DNA of 64,000 bases, from assembly GCA_030390025.1 (NCBI GenBank), contig JASTWF010000033.1, positions 5,024,001-5,088,000 of the forward strand, in the 5' to 3' direction. The position numbers and the translations under genes are program-made. Of the stretch, positions 38,178-48,927 are shown piece by piece. Origin of the DNA: Squalus acanthias. Taxonomy: Eukaryota. Under the pieces are notes generated by a model. That model did no database searches. It saw nothing but the letters and a program-made list of their open reading frames with translations, and had not been told where the DNA came from. How positions within the stretch are numbered: position 1 is the stretch's first letter; each line of letters begins with the position of its first letter.

Positions 38178-38240
38178 GGCCGGTTACCTCTGTTGATGCG
38201 AACGGGGTGATACTTCTACCAATGGTCGCGGGTTCGATCC
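38178..38240 (+). pseudogene. tRNA-Ile(AAT)-derived pseudogene, 3'-truncated
   Basis: GGCCGGTTA..TC.GTTG...CCAATGGTCGCGGGTTCGATCC, cut off by the 5S fragment. Confidence 0.7.
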
Positions 38241-38305
38241 TAAACAAGCCTGACTGTGTCTTAGTTTCCGAAATCGGACGTTTTCAGACGAGTATGGCCG
38301 TCGGC
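38241..38305 (-). pseudogene. 5S rRNA pseudogene, 5' part with internal deletion
   Basis: Reverse complement GCCGACGGCCATACTCGTCTGAAAACGTCCGATTTCGGAAACTAAG; upstream spacer shared with the other two 5S copies. Confidence 0.85.
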
Positions 38306-39349
38306 ATCCGCTATCTGACATTCTCTTTACTTAAAGGCACATAGGGCTGTCGTCCATTCTTTTTTCTTCATCTATGCGTTCATACAAGCATAAACACTCA
38401 ATTTCTATTGCTTTATTTTACACCCCCGCCCCCAAGTTTTCTTAGTTCACTTAGTCCCACACAAACAAACTAAAAGCCCAGCCCTTCATTGCCTTCTAAT
38501 AAGCTGCATAACTACCTTCCTTTCACCATTCACTCAATCACCCCCAAATTACCGACTCACTAATCACCCCCTCCACCCGACCGCAAATTCATTCGCTCAA
38601 ACAAATCACTCTCTTGAGCAAAAATGCTGCTTTTCATGTCTCAAAATACAGATAATCGGGCGCAGTCTTTTCTCGCAAGTTGTGTGACCAATTCGGCCTG
38701 GAGGGATTCCTGGATGTGGGCTTGTGTCAGCATACCACAACATGACAGCTGACCATGTGCTGCCTGATCATGTGACATCTGCTTACGACTTCTACAAATG
38801 TTATTCCATTGTAGCCAGGATTGTTCATAGAGTCATACAGCCATTCAGGCACAGAAGGAGGCCATTGGGCCCATCGAGCCCATGCCGGTTCTGTGTAGAG
38901 CAATCCAGTCAGTTCCATTCCCCCGCTTGTTCCTCGTGGCACTGCAAGTTTATTTCCTTCAAGTGCGCATCCAATTTCCTTTTGAAATGATTGATTTTCT
39001 CCGCTTCCACCACCCACGTCGGCAGCAAGTTCCTGGTCATTACCACTCGCTGCGTAATCAAGTTCTTTCTCACATCACCCCCGTTTCTCTTGCGCAAAAC
39101 CTTCAATCTGTTTCCCCTAGTAGTTGTACCATCAGCTAATGGGAACAGCCTTCCTCTGTCTACAATGAAGGGTAGGGTGTGTAGTATGTCTGTGTGGGAC
39201 TAAGTGCACTAAGAAGAGTTGGGGTCGGGGGAGTAAAATAAAGCAATAGAAATTGAATACTGTGTGCTTGTTTGAACGCATAAATGAAGAAAAAAGAATG
39301 GACGACAGTCCTATGTGCATTTAAGTAAAGAGAATGCCAGATAGCGGAT

Positions 39350-39472
39350 ACCTACGGCCATACTAGTCTGAAAACGCCAGATCTCGTCTTACCTCTGGAA
39401 GTCTAAGCAGAGTTCAGCCCTGGGTAGTACTCAGGTGGGAGATCGCCTGGTAATATCAGGTGAAGTAGACTT
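39350..39472 (+). pseudogene. 5S rRNA pseudogene (full length, degenerate)
   Basis: ACCTACGGCCATACTAGTCTGAAAACGCCAGATCTCGTC...TAGTACT...GGGAGATCGCCTGG...CAGGTG..GTAGACTT. Confidence 0.9.
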
Positions 39473-39799
39473 CTGCTGCCGCCACAGGCAGCTCACGATC
39501 TGCACACACACTGCTGTTAATGAATCAATAACCTTTTTTGTTGCTCACTCGCATTCCTTAGACCATTTCTTCGCAGCACATTCTCCTGGTGCTACACAAA
39601 CACAAGGGGCTCGAGACAGAGGGCTGGAAAAGCAGAAGAAGAAAATAAGATAGCCAAAAAAAACACTGACGGAGGGGCTCCCCGACACAGCAGTAGAGAG
39701 GAGAGACAAGGTGCATAGAAATCTAGGAGCGACAAACAGAAACAGATTAAATAATAATGTAGAAAGAGCAGCAGTTAAAATGACGAAAAAATCAAAGCC

Positions 39800-41372
39800 A
39801 ACTAGCATGCTGTTGGAATGCATGTGTGTTAATGCGAGGAGTGTTACAGATAAGATTCACGAGCCGCAGGTGCAAGATGCCACATAAGGTTATGAAATAG
39901 AGGATATAACGGAGACCTGGCTTAAAATGGGCATAATTGGATACTGTCTTGCATCTCAGGTTACAAGGGGAAGTTGGGGTGCAGAAAGCAGAAGGGTTTG
40001 CCTTAATCTTCCAATCTTCCCTAGATGCTGGGGAGGTGCCAGAGGATTGGAAAGTAGTAGATGTGACATCCTTGTTCAATATGTGGAGATGCCGGTGTTG
40101 GACTGGGGTGGACAAATCCTTGTTCAAGACAGGGTGTAAGGACAAACCTAGTAACTACAGGCCGGTCAGTTTAACATCAGTACTGGATAAGATTTTAGAA
40201 ACAATATTCAGGGAAAAATTAACAGGCATTTGGAGAGGTTTAAGTTAATTAAGGAGAGCCAGCACGAATTTGTAAAATACATATTGGGTTTGACTAATTT
40301 AATTGATTTTTTTGATGAATTAACAGAGAAGGTTGATATCGGGATTGTAGCGGATGTTGTCTATATGGATTTTAAGAAAGCGTTTGGGACAAAATACCAC
40401 ATAAAACGCTGGTTAACAAAATTGAGACTCAAGGAATAGGAGGGTCGGTGACAGATTGGATAAGAAATGGGCTTATGGACAGAAAACAGCGAGTCGAGGT
40501 AAATGGTTGTTTTTCAGACTGGAGGATTGTAGACAGTAGTGTTCTCCAAGTGTCAATGCTAGGGACCCTGCTTTTTTGAAAAATATAAATGAATTGGATA
40601 TTGGAACACAGAGTAATATTTGGAAATTTGCCGATGATACCAAACTTGGAGGTGTGGAGGATACCAATCGACTGCAAAAAGACATAGATAAAGTTAGCAG
40701 AATGGGCAGACAAGCGTCACATGGAATTTATTACAGAGAAGTATGAGGCGATGCATTTTGGCTGAAGGGATAGGGAGAGGCAATATAGACTGAATGGAAC
40801 ACTTCTAAAGAGTGTGCAGGGAGAGAGGAACCTCGTGGATCATGTGCTTAGATCTTTGAAGGTGGCAGGTCATATTGAGAGAGTAGTGATCAAAACACAT
40901 GGGATCTTGGGCTTCATAAATAGAGCTATTGAGTACAAAAGCAGGGAAGATATGCTGAACCATTATACAACTCTGGTTAGGCTACAACTAGAGCATTGCG
41001 TGCATTTCTGTTCACCCCACTTTAGGCAGGATGTGAAGGACCTTGAGAGGGTGCGGAGGAGATTCACAAGAATGTTTCCAGGGATGAGGGATTTTAGCTA
41101 CAATGCCAGGTTGGAGAAACTGGAGTTGTTCTCCTTGGAGCAAAGGAAATTGAGGGGAGGTTTGATGCAGGTGTACAAGATTATGACGGGTTTCGATAAG
41201 GTAGAAAGAGAAAGGCTGTTCCCATTAGCTGATGATACAAGGACTAGAGGACACAGACTTAAGGTTTTGGGCAAGAGATAAAGTGAGAATGTGAGGAAGA
41301 ACTTTATTATGCAGTGAGTGATAATGACCTGCAACTCGCTGCCGACTAGGGTGGTGGAAGCGGAGATGATCA
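39800..41372 (+). mobile_element. Decayed, internally deleted CR1 downstream of the 5S copy
   Basis: CVNARSV endonuclease start, then [37 protein letters not shown]. Confidence 0.85.
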
Positions 41373-43016
41373 AACATAGAAACATTGAAAAATAGAGCAG
41401 GAGTAGGCCCTTCGAGCCTGCTCCACCAATCAATATGATCATGGCTGATCCTCTATCTCAATATTCCCGCTCTCTCCCCATACTACATGATGCCTTTTGT
41501 GTCTAGAAATCTATTCTATCTCCTTCTTAAATATATTCAGTGACTTGGCCTTCACAGCCTTCTGTGGTAGAGAATTTCATAGGTTCACCATCCCCTGAGT
41601 GAAGAAATGTCTCCTCATCTCAGTCCCAAATGTACTACCCCGTATCCTGAGACTGTGACCCCTCGTTCTAGAACCCCCAGCCAGGGGAAACATCCTCCCT
41701 ACATCCAGTCTGTCTAGCCCTGTAAGAATTGTATACGTTTCAATGAGATCCCCTCTCATTCATCTAAACTCTAGTGAATACAGGCCTCGTCGATCTAATT
41801 TCTCCTCGTACGACAGTCCTGCCATTCCAGGAATCAGTCTGGTGAACCTTCGCTGCACTCCCTCTTTGGCAAGTATATCCTTTCTTAGGTAAGGGGACCA
41901 AAACTGCACACAGTACTCCAGGTGTATTCTCACCACGGCCCTGCACAACTGTAGTAAGACATATTTGCTCCTGTACTCAAATCCTCTTGCAATGAAGGCC
42001 AACATACCATTTGCCTTCCTAACTGCTTGCTGCACATGATTGTTTGCTTTCAGTGACTGGTGTACAAGGACATCCAGGTCCCTCTGTACATCAACATTTC
42101 ACAATCTTATCACCATTTAAATAATACTCTAGATTTCTGTATTTCCTACCGAAGTGGATAACTTCACATTTATCCACGTTATACTGCATCTGCCATGTAT
42201 TTGCCCACTCACCCAATTTGTCTAAATAGTCTTGAAGCCTCTTTGTATCCCCTCACTAATCACAATCCCACCTAGTTTCATGTCGTCAGCAAACTTGGAA
42301 ATATTACATTTGGTTCCCTCATCAAAATAATTGATATATATTGTGAATAGCTGGGGCCCAAGCACTGATCCTTGCGGTACCCTACTAGTTACCGCCTGCC
42401 ACCCCGAAAAATACACATTTATTCGTACTCTCTGTTTCCCGTCTGTTAACCAATTTTCAATACATGCCAGTATATTACTCCCAATCCCATGTGCTTTAAT
42501 TTTGCACACTAACCTCTTTTGTGGGACTTAATCAAACGCCTTCTGAAAATCCAAATACACCACATCCACTGGTTCGCCCTTATCTATTCTAAAAGTTACA
42601 TCCTCAAAAAACTCAAGTCGGTTTGTCAAACACGATTTCCCTTTCATAAATCCATGTTTATTTTTCTAATCCCGTTGATATTTTCTAAGTGTCCTGTTAT
42701 CTCTTCTTTTATAGTAGACATTATAGCACTTTCCCTACTACTGATGTGAGGCTAACCGGTCTGTAGTACCCTGTTTTCTCTCTCCCACCTTTTTAAATTG
42801 TGGTGTTACATTTGCCACTCTCCAAACTGCAGGAAATGTTCCATAATCTATAGAAATTTGGAAGATGATAACCAATGCATCCACTCCTTCCATGTCTACC
42901 TCTTCCAGTACTCTAGGATGCATATTATCAGGCCCTGGGGATTTATCAGCTTTCAGTCCCATTAATTTCTCCAGCACTTTTTTTTTACTAATAAAAATTT
43001 CCTTTAATTCCTCAAT
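41373..43016 (-). mobile_element. 5'-truncated CR1
   Basis: ORFs 42738-43070, 42222-42509, 41760-42035, 41577-41759; tail at 41373-41395. Confidence 0.92.
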
Positions 43017-43676
43017 AATTTCAAAAGGATATTGGATGGACACTTGAGGGAAATGAACTTGCAGGGTCACGGGAATAGAGCGGGGGAATGGGACTGATTC
43101 GATTTCTCCACTGGCCTCCTTCTGTGCTGTAATGCCTGAAAGACTCTATAAACAACCCTGGCTGCAATGCAATAACATTTGTAGAAGTTGTGTGGTTACA
43201 TGTCACTTGATCAGGCAGCACATGGTCAGATGTCATGTTGTGGGATGGTGACACGACCATACATCCAGGAATCCCTCCATGCAGAGTTGGCAACACGACT
43301 TGCGAGAAAAGACTGCGGCCCGATTGTTTCTATTTTGAGGCCTGAGGAAGCAGCATTTTTGCACAAGTGAGTGATTTGGCTCATGGAGTGAATTTGCGGT
43401 GGGGTGGAGGGGGGTGATTCGTGAGTCGGTAATTTGGGTGTGAGTGAGTAAATGGTGAAAGGGAGGTAGTTTTGCAGCTTAATAGAAGACAATGAATGTT
43501 AAGTCTTGTAGTTTGTTTGTGTGGGAGTAGGAGCACCATAAGAGTTGGGGGGCGGGGGAGTAAAATAAAGCAATATAAATTGTGTTCTGTATGCTTGTAT
43601 GAACCCATAGACGAAGAAAAAAAGAATGGACGACAGCCCTATGTGCATTTAAGTAAAGTAAAGCCAGACATCCGAT

Positions 43677-43797
43677 GCCTACGGCCATACTAGTCTGAAA
43701 ACTCCCGATCTTCTCTGATTTCAGAAACTAAGCAGAGTCAGGCCTGGTTAGTTACTTGTTTGGGAGACCGCCTGGCAATGTCAAGTGCAGTATGCTT
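43677..43797 (+). pseudogene. 5S rRNA pseudogene/variant with TTTT terminator
   Basis: GCCTACGGCCATACTAGTCTGAAAAC...AACTAAGCAGAGTCAGGCCTGGTTAGTTACTTG..TGGGAGACCGCCTGG...GCTTTT; AT-rich TTTAAGTAAAG near -30. Confidence 0.9.
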
Positions 43798-45308
43798 TTG
43801 CTGCCGCCACAGGCTGCTCACGGTTCTGCACACGCACTGCTGTTAACCCTTCGATTACATTTTTGCTGCTCTCTATCGCTTTCCTTTGACCATATCTTCG
43901 CTGCACATTCTCCTGCTGCTACACAAACACAAGGGGGTCGAGACAGAGGGCTGGAAAAGCAGAAGAAGAAAATAAGATAGCCTAAAAACACACACTGCGG
44001 AGGGGCTCCCCGACACAGAAATTCAGATGAGAGACAAGGTGCATAGAAAATTAGCAGAGACAAACCGAAACAGAACAAAGAATAATGTAGAAACCGCAGC
44101 AGTTAAAGTGAGGAAAACAGCAAAGCCAACTAGCATGCTTTTGCATTGCATGTGTGTTAATGCGAGGAGTGTTACGAATAAGATTGACGAGTCGCAGGCG
44201 CAAGATGCCACATAAGGTTATGAAATAGAGGCTATAACGGAGACCTGGCTTAAAAATGGGCACAATTGGAAACTGTTTTTCATTTCAGGTTACTAAGGGA
44301 ATTTGGGGTGGAGATAGCGGAAGGGCTTGCCTTAAGCTTCCAATCTTCCCGAGATGCGGGGGAGGTGCCAGAGAATTGGAAAGTGGTAAATGTGTCATCC
44401 TTTTACAAAAAAGTGTGTGCGGACAATCCTAGTAACTACAGGCCGGTCAGTTTATCATCGGTGATGTGGAAGGTTATAGAAACAAAAATCAGGGGGAAAT
44501 TAACCGGCACTTGGAGAGGTTGAAGTTAGTTAAGTAGAGCCAGCACGGATTTGTAAACGGCAGATTGTGTTTGACTAATCTAATTTAATTTATTGATGAA
44601 GTAACAGAGAAGGTTGATGTAGGGAATGTAGCGGATGTTGTGTATATGGATTTTAAGAAGCTGCGGTTGCTTTCCTCACAGGTTTAAGAGGACATTTAAT
44701 CGAGGTTTTCAAATTTACAAGGGGCATTGATAGAGGAAATAAGGAGCAACCGTCTCCAGTGACAGTAAGATCGGTAACCAATGGACACCGATTGAAGATA
44801 ACCGACAAAAGAACTAGAGGGGAGATGAGGAGAATTTTCTTACACAGCAAAGGCTCAGGCCTAACCAATATCTTAATGCTCAGGATAAGTTATCACTGCC
44901 CAGGCACTCTCTCATTCCAGTTTTGCACACGTTGCTAAGTTTCAAATGTCGTATTTTTGACACTGGCAATGAATTAATTGATAGCTGTGCTGTGATAAGC
45001 TACTGTTGTTAGAGAGATGCAGTTCAAGAAGATACATGGAAGGCGAATGATAAGCGGAACTGTTCTGAAACTGTGAGCTGCAGTTAAATGTGGGCATGTA
45101 AACATTTAAAGTGTTTCATTCCAAATGTCATTTCCTGCTGACATGAGGCATTTCACAGAAGGCCAGGAAGAGTATTTTGTATCGCTGTACCGAATGATGC
45201 GCTGCCGAATGTTGAGGCAGCAACGGTGTGGAAAGTTAGATCAGGAGCGAGCATAGCTTCGCGCGGTGCTCTGATTGGTGGCATTTCAAACAACCCCAAA
45301 ACAGACTT

Positions 45309-45374
45309 TTCCCTGAAAGGGAATCGACCCCGGCCCGCGAAAGAGCCGAATCCTAACCACCAGATCAGCAGGGA
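45309..45374 (-). pseudogene. tRNA-Glu(TTC) pseudogene with deletion
   Basis: Reverse complement TCCCTGCTGATCTGGTGGTTAGGATTCGGCTCTTTCGCGGGCCGGGGTCGATTCCC. Confidence 0.85.
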
Positions 45375-45957
45375 AGCTGCAGCAAGCTTCCTGCCAGCAA
45401 GCAGAGCAACGCAGTCCTTCCGCCTTGCTGCTTTGTAATTCAGATCGCCTTCACGCCAGGCAAATTTTTCGTACAAAATGACATGTTCTAGAAACCAAAG
45501 CACCAAGTGCGGGCAGGCATCCATTTGAAATCTATTTCCTTCTCTGCTTTTCTCAGAGACACAGAGAGACAGACAATCAGAGAGAAGCTGTCGGGGAATT
45601 GAACACTCACCACTATAATATCAAGGACATTGTAGAGGAAATGGTTATGCAGTGCATGAGACAAAGACTCAAACACACACACTTGTGTGCGCGCTCTTTG
45701 TGTGTGTATGTCCCACACTCCCGCTTTTTCTGTGAATCCCTGTTAATCTCATGTTCTCTTTCACTCGTCCGTGCAGCACACAAAAGGGAGAGGCTAAGCA
45801 CTATACTAACGAGGAACAGGTGCAGGAAGTTGTTATACAGTTATTTTTATGCCGGTATATCTTTTCAAATTATTTTAGTTGATTATTTTCAATTCATCTT
45901 TTCCAACGAGCATTTTAAGGAGCTGCTCATAGGATTAAAATTGGGGATTTAAAAAAA

Positions 45958-46030
45958 TCCCCCTGTCGGGGAACTGAAGCCCGGTCTCCCGCGTGACATG
46001 CGGGGATACTCACCAATATACTAACAAGGA
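45958..46030 (-). pseudogene. tRNA-Asp(GTC) probable pseudogene followed by a T-run
   Basis: Reverse complement TCCTTGTTAGTATATTGGTGAGTATCCCCGCATGTCACGCGGGAGACCGGGCTTCAGTTCCCCGACA; B-box altered. Confidence 0.88.
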
Positions 46031-47243
46031 ACTGGCAGATGGCGGGTCTGTTAGAGCAAGAATCGACCTGTGAACAGAGTGAGAAAGATGCAAGAGACAG
46101 ACATAAGAATACAAACAGAAGAAATAGAAGCAGGGGTAGACAATTCGGCCCCTCGAGCATGCTCCGCCATTCAATAACTTCATGTCTGATCAGATCTTAG
46201 CCACACTACAATGCCACTTTCCCGCCCGCTCCCCATAACACTTGACTCCCCTGTAGCGCAAATATACATATGGAATATATTCAATGTCTCCACCCCCACT
46301 CCTCTCTGGGGTCGAGAATTCCAAACATTCAAGACACTCTAAGAGAATAAATTCCTCCTCATCTCCGTTTTAAATGGACGAACCCTTATCCTGAAACAGT
46401 GCCCCCTAGTTCTAGATTCCCCAACAGGGGAAACATCCTCCCTGCATCTACCCTGTCAAGCCCCCTCAGAATCTAATACAGAGAGAGAGAGAATCAGGGA
46501 CAAAGAGAGACACACACAGAGCGAGAGCCTCGGTTTGACGTCTCACAGATTGGTCATCATGGATGAGGGACTTCAGTTATGTTGAGAGAAAGGCGAAGCT
46601 GCGATTGCTTTCCTCAGAAATTTAAGAGGAAATTTAATAGAGGTTTTCAAAATTACAAGGGGTTTCGATAGAGTAAATAAGGAGAAACCATTTCCAGGGG
46701 GGTCGGTAACCAGAGGTCACCGATTGAAGATAATCAGCAAAATACCCAGAGGGGAGTAGAAGAGAATTTTCTTACGCAGCAAGGGCTCAGGCCTAATGAA
46801 TATCTTAATGCTCAGGGTAAGTTATCACTGCCCAGGCACTCTCTCATTCCAGTTTTTCACACGTTGCTAAGTTTCAAATGTTATATTTTTGAAACTGGCA
46901 ATGAATTGATTGATAGCCTTGCTGTGATAAGCTAAGGTTGTAAGGGAGATTCAGTTCAAGAAGATACATGGAAGGCTAAAGATAAGCGTGACTGTTCTGA
47001 AACTTTGAGTTGCAGTTAAATGTAGGCATGTAAACATTTAAAGTGTTTCGTTCCAAATGTCATTTCCTGCTGACATGAGGCATTTCACAGAAGTCCAGGA
47101 AGTGCATTTTGTATCACTGTACCGAATGATGCGCTGCCGACTGTCGAGGCAGCAACGGTTTGGAAAGTTAGATCAGGAGCGAGCATTGCTTCGCGCGCGG
47201 GTGCTTTGATTGGTGGCATTTCAAACAACCCCAAAACAGACTT

Positions 47244-47316
47244 TTCCCTGACCGGGAATACGAACCCGGGCCGCAGCGGTGAAAGAGCCGAATCCTAACC
47301 GCTAGATAACCAGGGA
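47244..47316 (-). pseudogene. tRNA-Glu(TTC), best-preserved tRNA copy (1-nt T-loop insertion, D-stem change)
   Basis: Reverse complement TCCCTGGTTATCTAGCGGTTAGGATTCGGCTCTTTCACCGCTGCGGCCCGGGTTCGTATTCCCGGTCAGGGAA. Confidence 0.88.
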
Positions 47317-47941
47317 ATCTGCAGCAAGCTTCCTGCCAGCAAGCAGAGCAACTCAGTCCTTACTCCTTGCTGCTTTGAAATTGAGATCGCTTTCACGCCA
47401 CGCAAATTTTTCGTACAAAATGACATGTTCTAGAAACCACAGCACCAAGTGCGGTCAGGCATCCATTTGAAATCTATTTCCTTCTCTGCTTTTCTCAGAG
47501 ACACACAGAGACAGACAGTCCGAGAGAAGCTGTCGGGGAATTGAATACTCATCACTATAATATCAAGGGCATTGTAGAGGAAATGGTTATGCAGTGCATG
47601 AGACAAAGGCTCAAACACAAACACGTGTCTGTGCTCTCTTTGTGTGTAGATGTCTCAGATATACATCTGAGTTTCATAGATTCATGGAGGCTGGCAGCAC
47701 AGTGGGAGGCCTATCCCTGTTATCTCATTTTCTCTGTCCTCTGTCCCTCCTCAGTGCCCCACACAAAAGGGAGAGGGAAGCAGAGCACTATACTAACGAT
47801 GAACTGGTGCAGGAAGTTGTTATACAGTTCTTCATATGCCAGTATATTTTTAATTATTTTAGATCATTTTTTGCTGTTCAACTTTTCCAAGGAGCAATTT
47901 AAGGAGCCGCCCAAAAGGTTAAAGATTGGGGATGTTAAAAA

Positions 47942-48015
47942 TCCTCCGCGTGAGGGAATTGAATCCCTGCTTCCCGCTTGAGAGGCGGGGATACTCACGA
48001 CTATACTAACGAGGA
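47942..48015 (-). pseudogene. tRNA-Asp-derived pseudogene with anticodon reading CTC
   Basis: Reverse complement TCCTCGTTAGTATAGTCGTGAGTATCCCCGCCTCTCAAGCGGGAAGCAGGGATTCAATTCCC. Confidence 0.82.
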
Positions 48016-48325
48016 ACAGAACACTGCAGAATCTGTCAGAGCAAGAATCGACCTTGAACAGAGTGACAAAGAAGAGAAGGGACAGACATAACAATAAGAA
48101 CAGAAGTACTGGGAGCAGGAGTGGGCCATTCGGCCCCTCGAGCCTGCTCCGCCATTCAATAAGATCATGGCTGATCTGAACTTGGCCTCAACTCCACCTT
48201 CCTGTCCGCTCCCCATAACCCTTGACTCCCCTGTAGCTCAAATATATGTCCATCTCCGCCTTGAATATATTCAATGACTCCGCCTCCACAGCTCTCTGGG
48301 GTAGAGAATTCCAAAGATTCACGAC

Positions 48326-48867
48326 TGATGTGGAGTATTTATTCAACACTCGACACAAGTCTGTCAGGTACAAATCAAAAGTCTTTATTACACCGGTGGG
48401 GAGACAATCTCTTACTGGCGCACCAGCAGACTTCTGCAAATTGATACAGTAAGCGTTACATATTTATGCTTTCAAAAGTCGTGGTAACCTCGTACATAAT
48501 CCGTTACAGTGCTTTAATTGGCTTAAAGCCCGCGTGCACATTTGCTGAGTGGCTAATTCCCTATCTCGCGTCACATGACTGTTTGCCTATATTTATTGTC
48601 ACATGATCTTTATGATCTCACCTGTTGTTATAAGTTTGCGACCTTCAGTAAAACCACATGTCTGCATTTCTGTCTTGCTGTGCACCGTGTGGTTTTACTT
48701 ATCTCTAGTTTCCATAGTTTGTGGTTGGTGCTTCTGAGCTGTTTACATCTAATTTTGCAAAAGCTTCGAGACCTCTGGTCAACATGTCTGACCTGTTTTC
48801 GCTGGTCTCGTGTGCAAGCTGCATTGTTAACCCCTTAATTCCTGAAGGGCGCCGCTGCTCCACTTCA
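48326..48867 (-). repeat. 3' LTR, preceded by polypurine tract AAAAGGGGGGAC (48868-48879)
   Basis: TGATGTGG...CCACTTCA termini; direct repeat of 55314-55862; AATAAA on the minus strand. Confidence 0.93.
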
Positions 48868-48927
48868 GTCCCCCCTTTTGGTCCTTGGCAAAACTTCCCA
48901 AGATGACCAATTACTGCTACTACTGCC

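Larger units (their letters stand above)
44660..48325. repeat. Tandem duplication, ~1.9-kb period, of a CR1-fragment + tRNA-Glu + tRNA-Asp unit
   Basis: 44660-46330 is colinear with ~46595-48325 (e.g. CAAACAACCCCAAAACAGACTTTTCCCTGA at ~45288 and ~47222). Confidence 0.92.

Noticed and set aside
24020..48015. Functional tRNA or 5S genes
   Set aside because: Every copy has stem mismatches, indels or damaged internal promoter boxes, so all are called pseudogenes.
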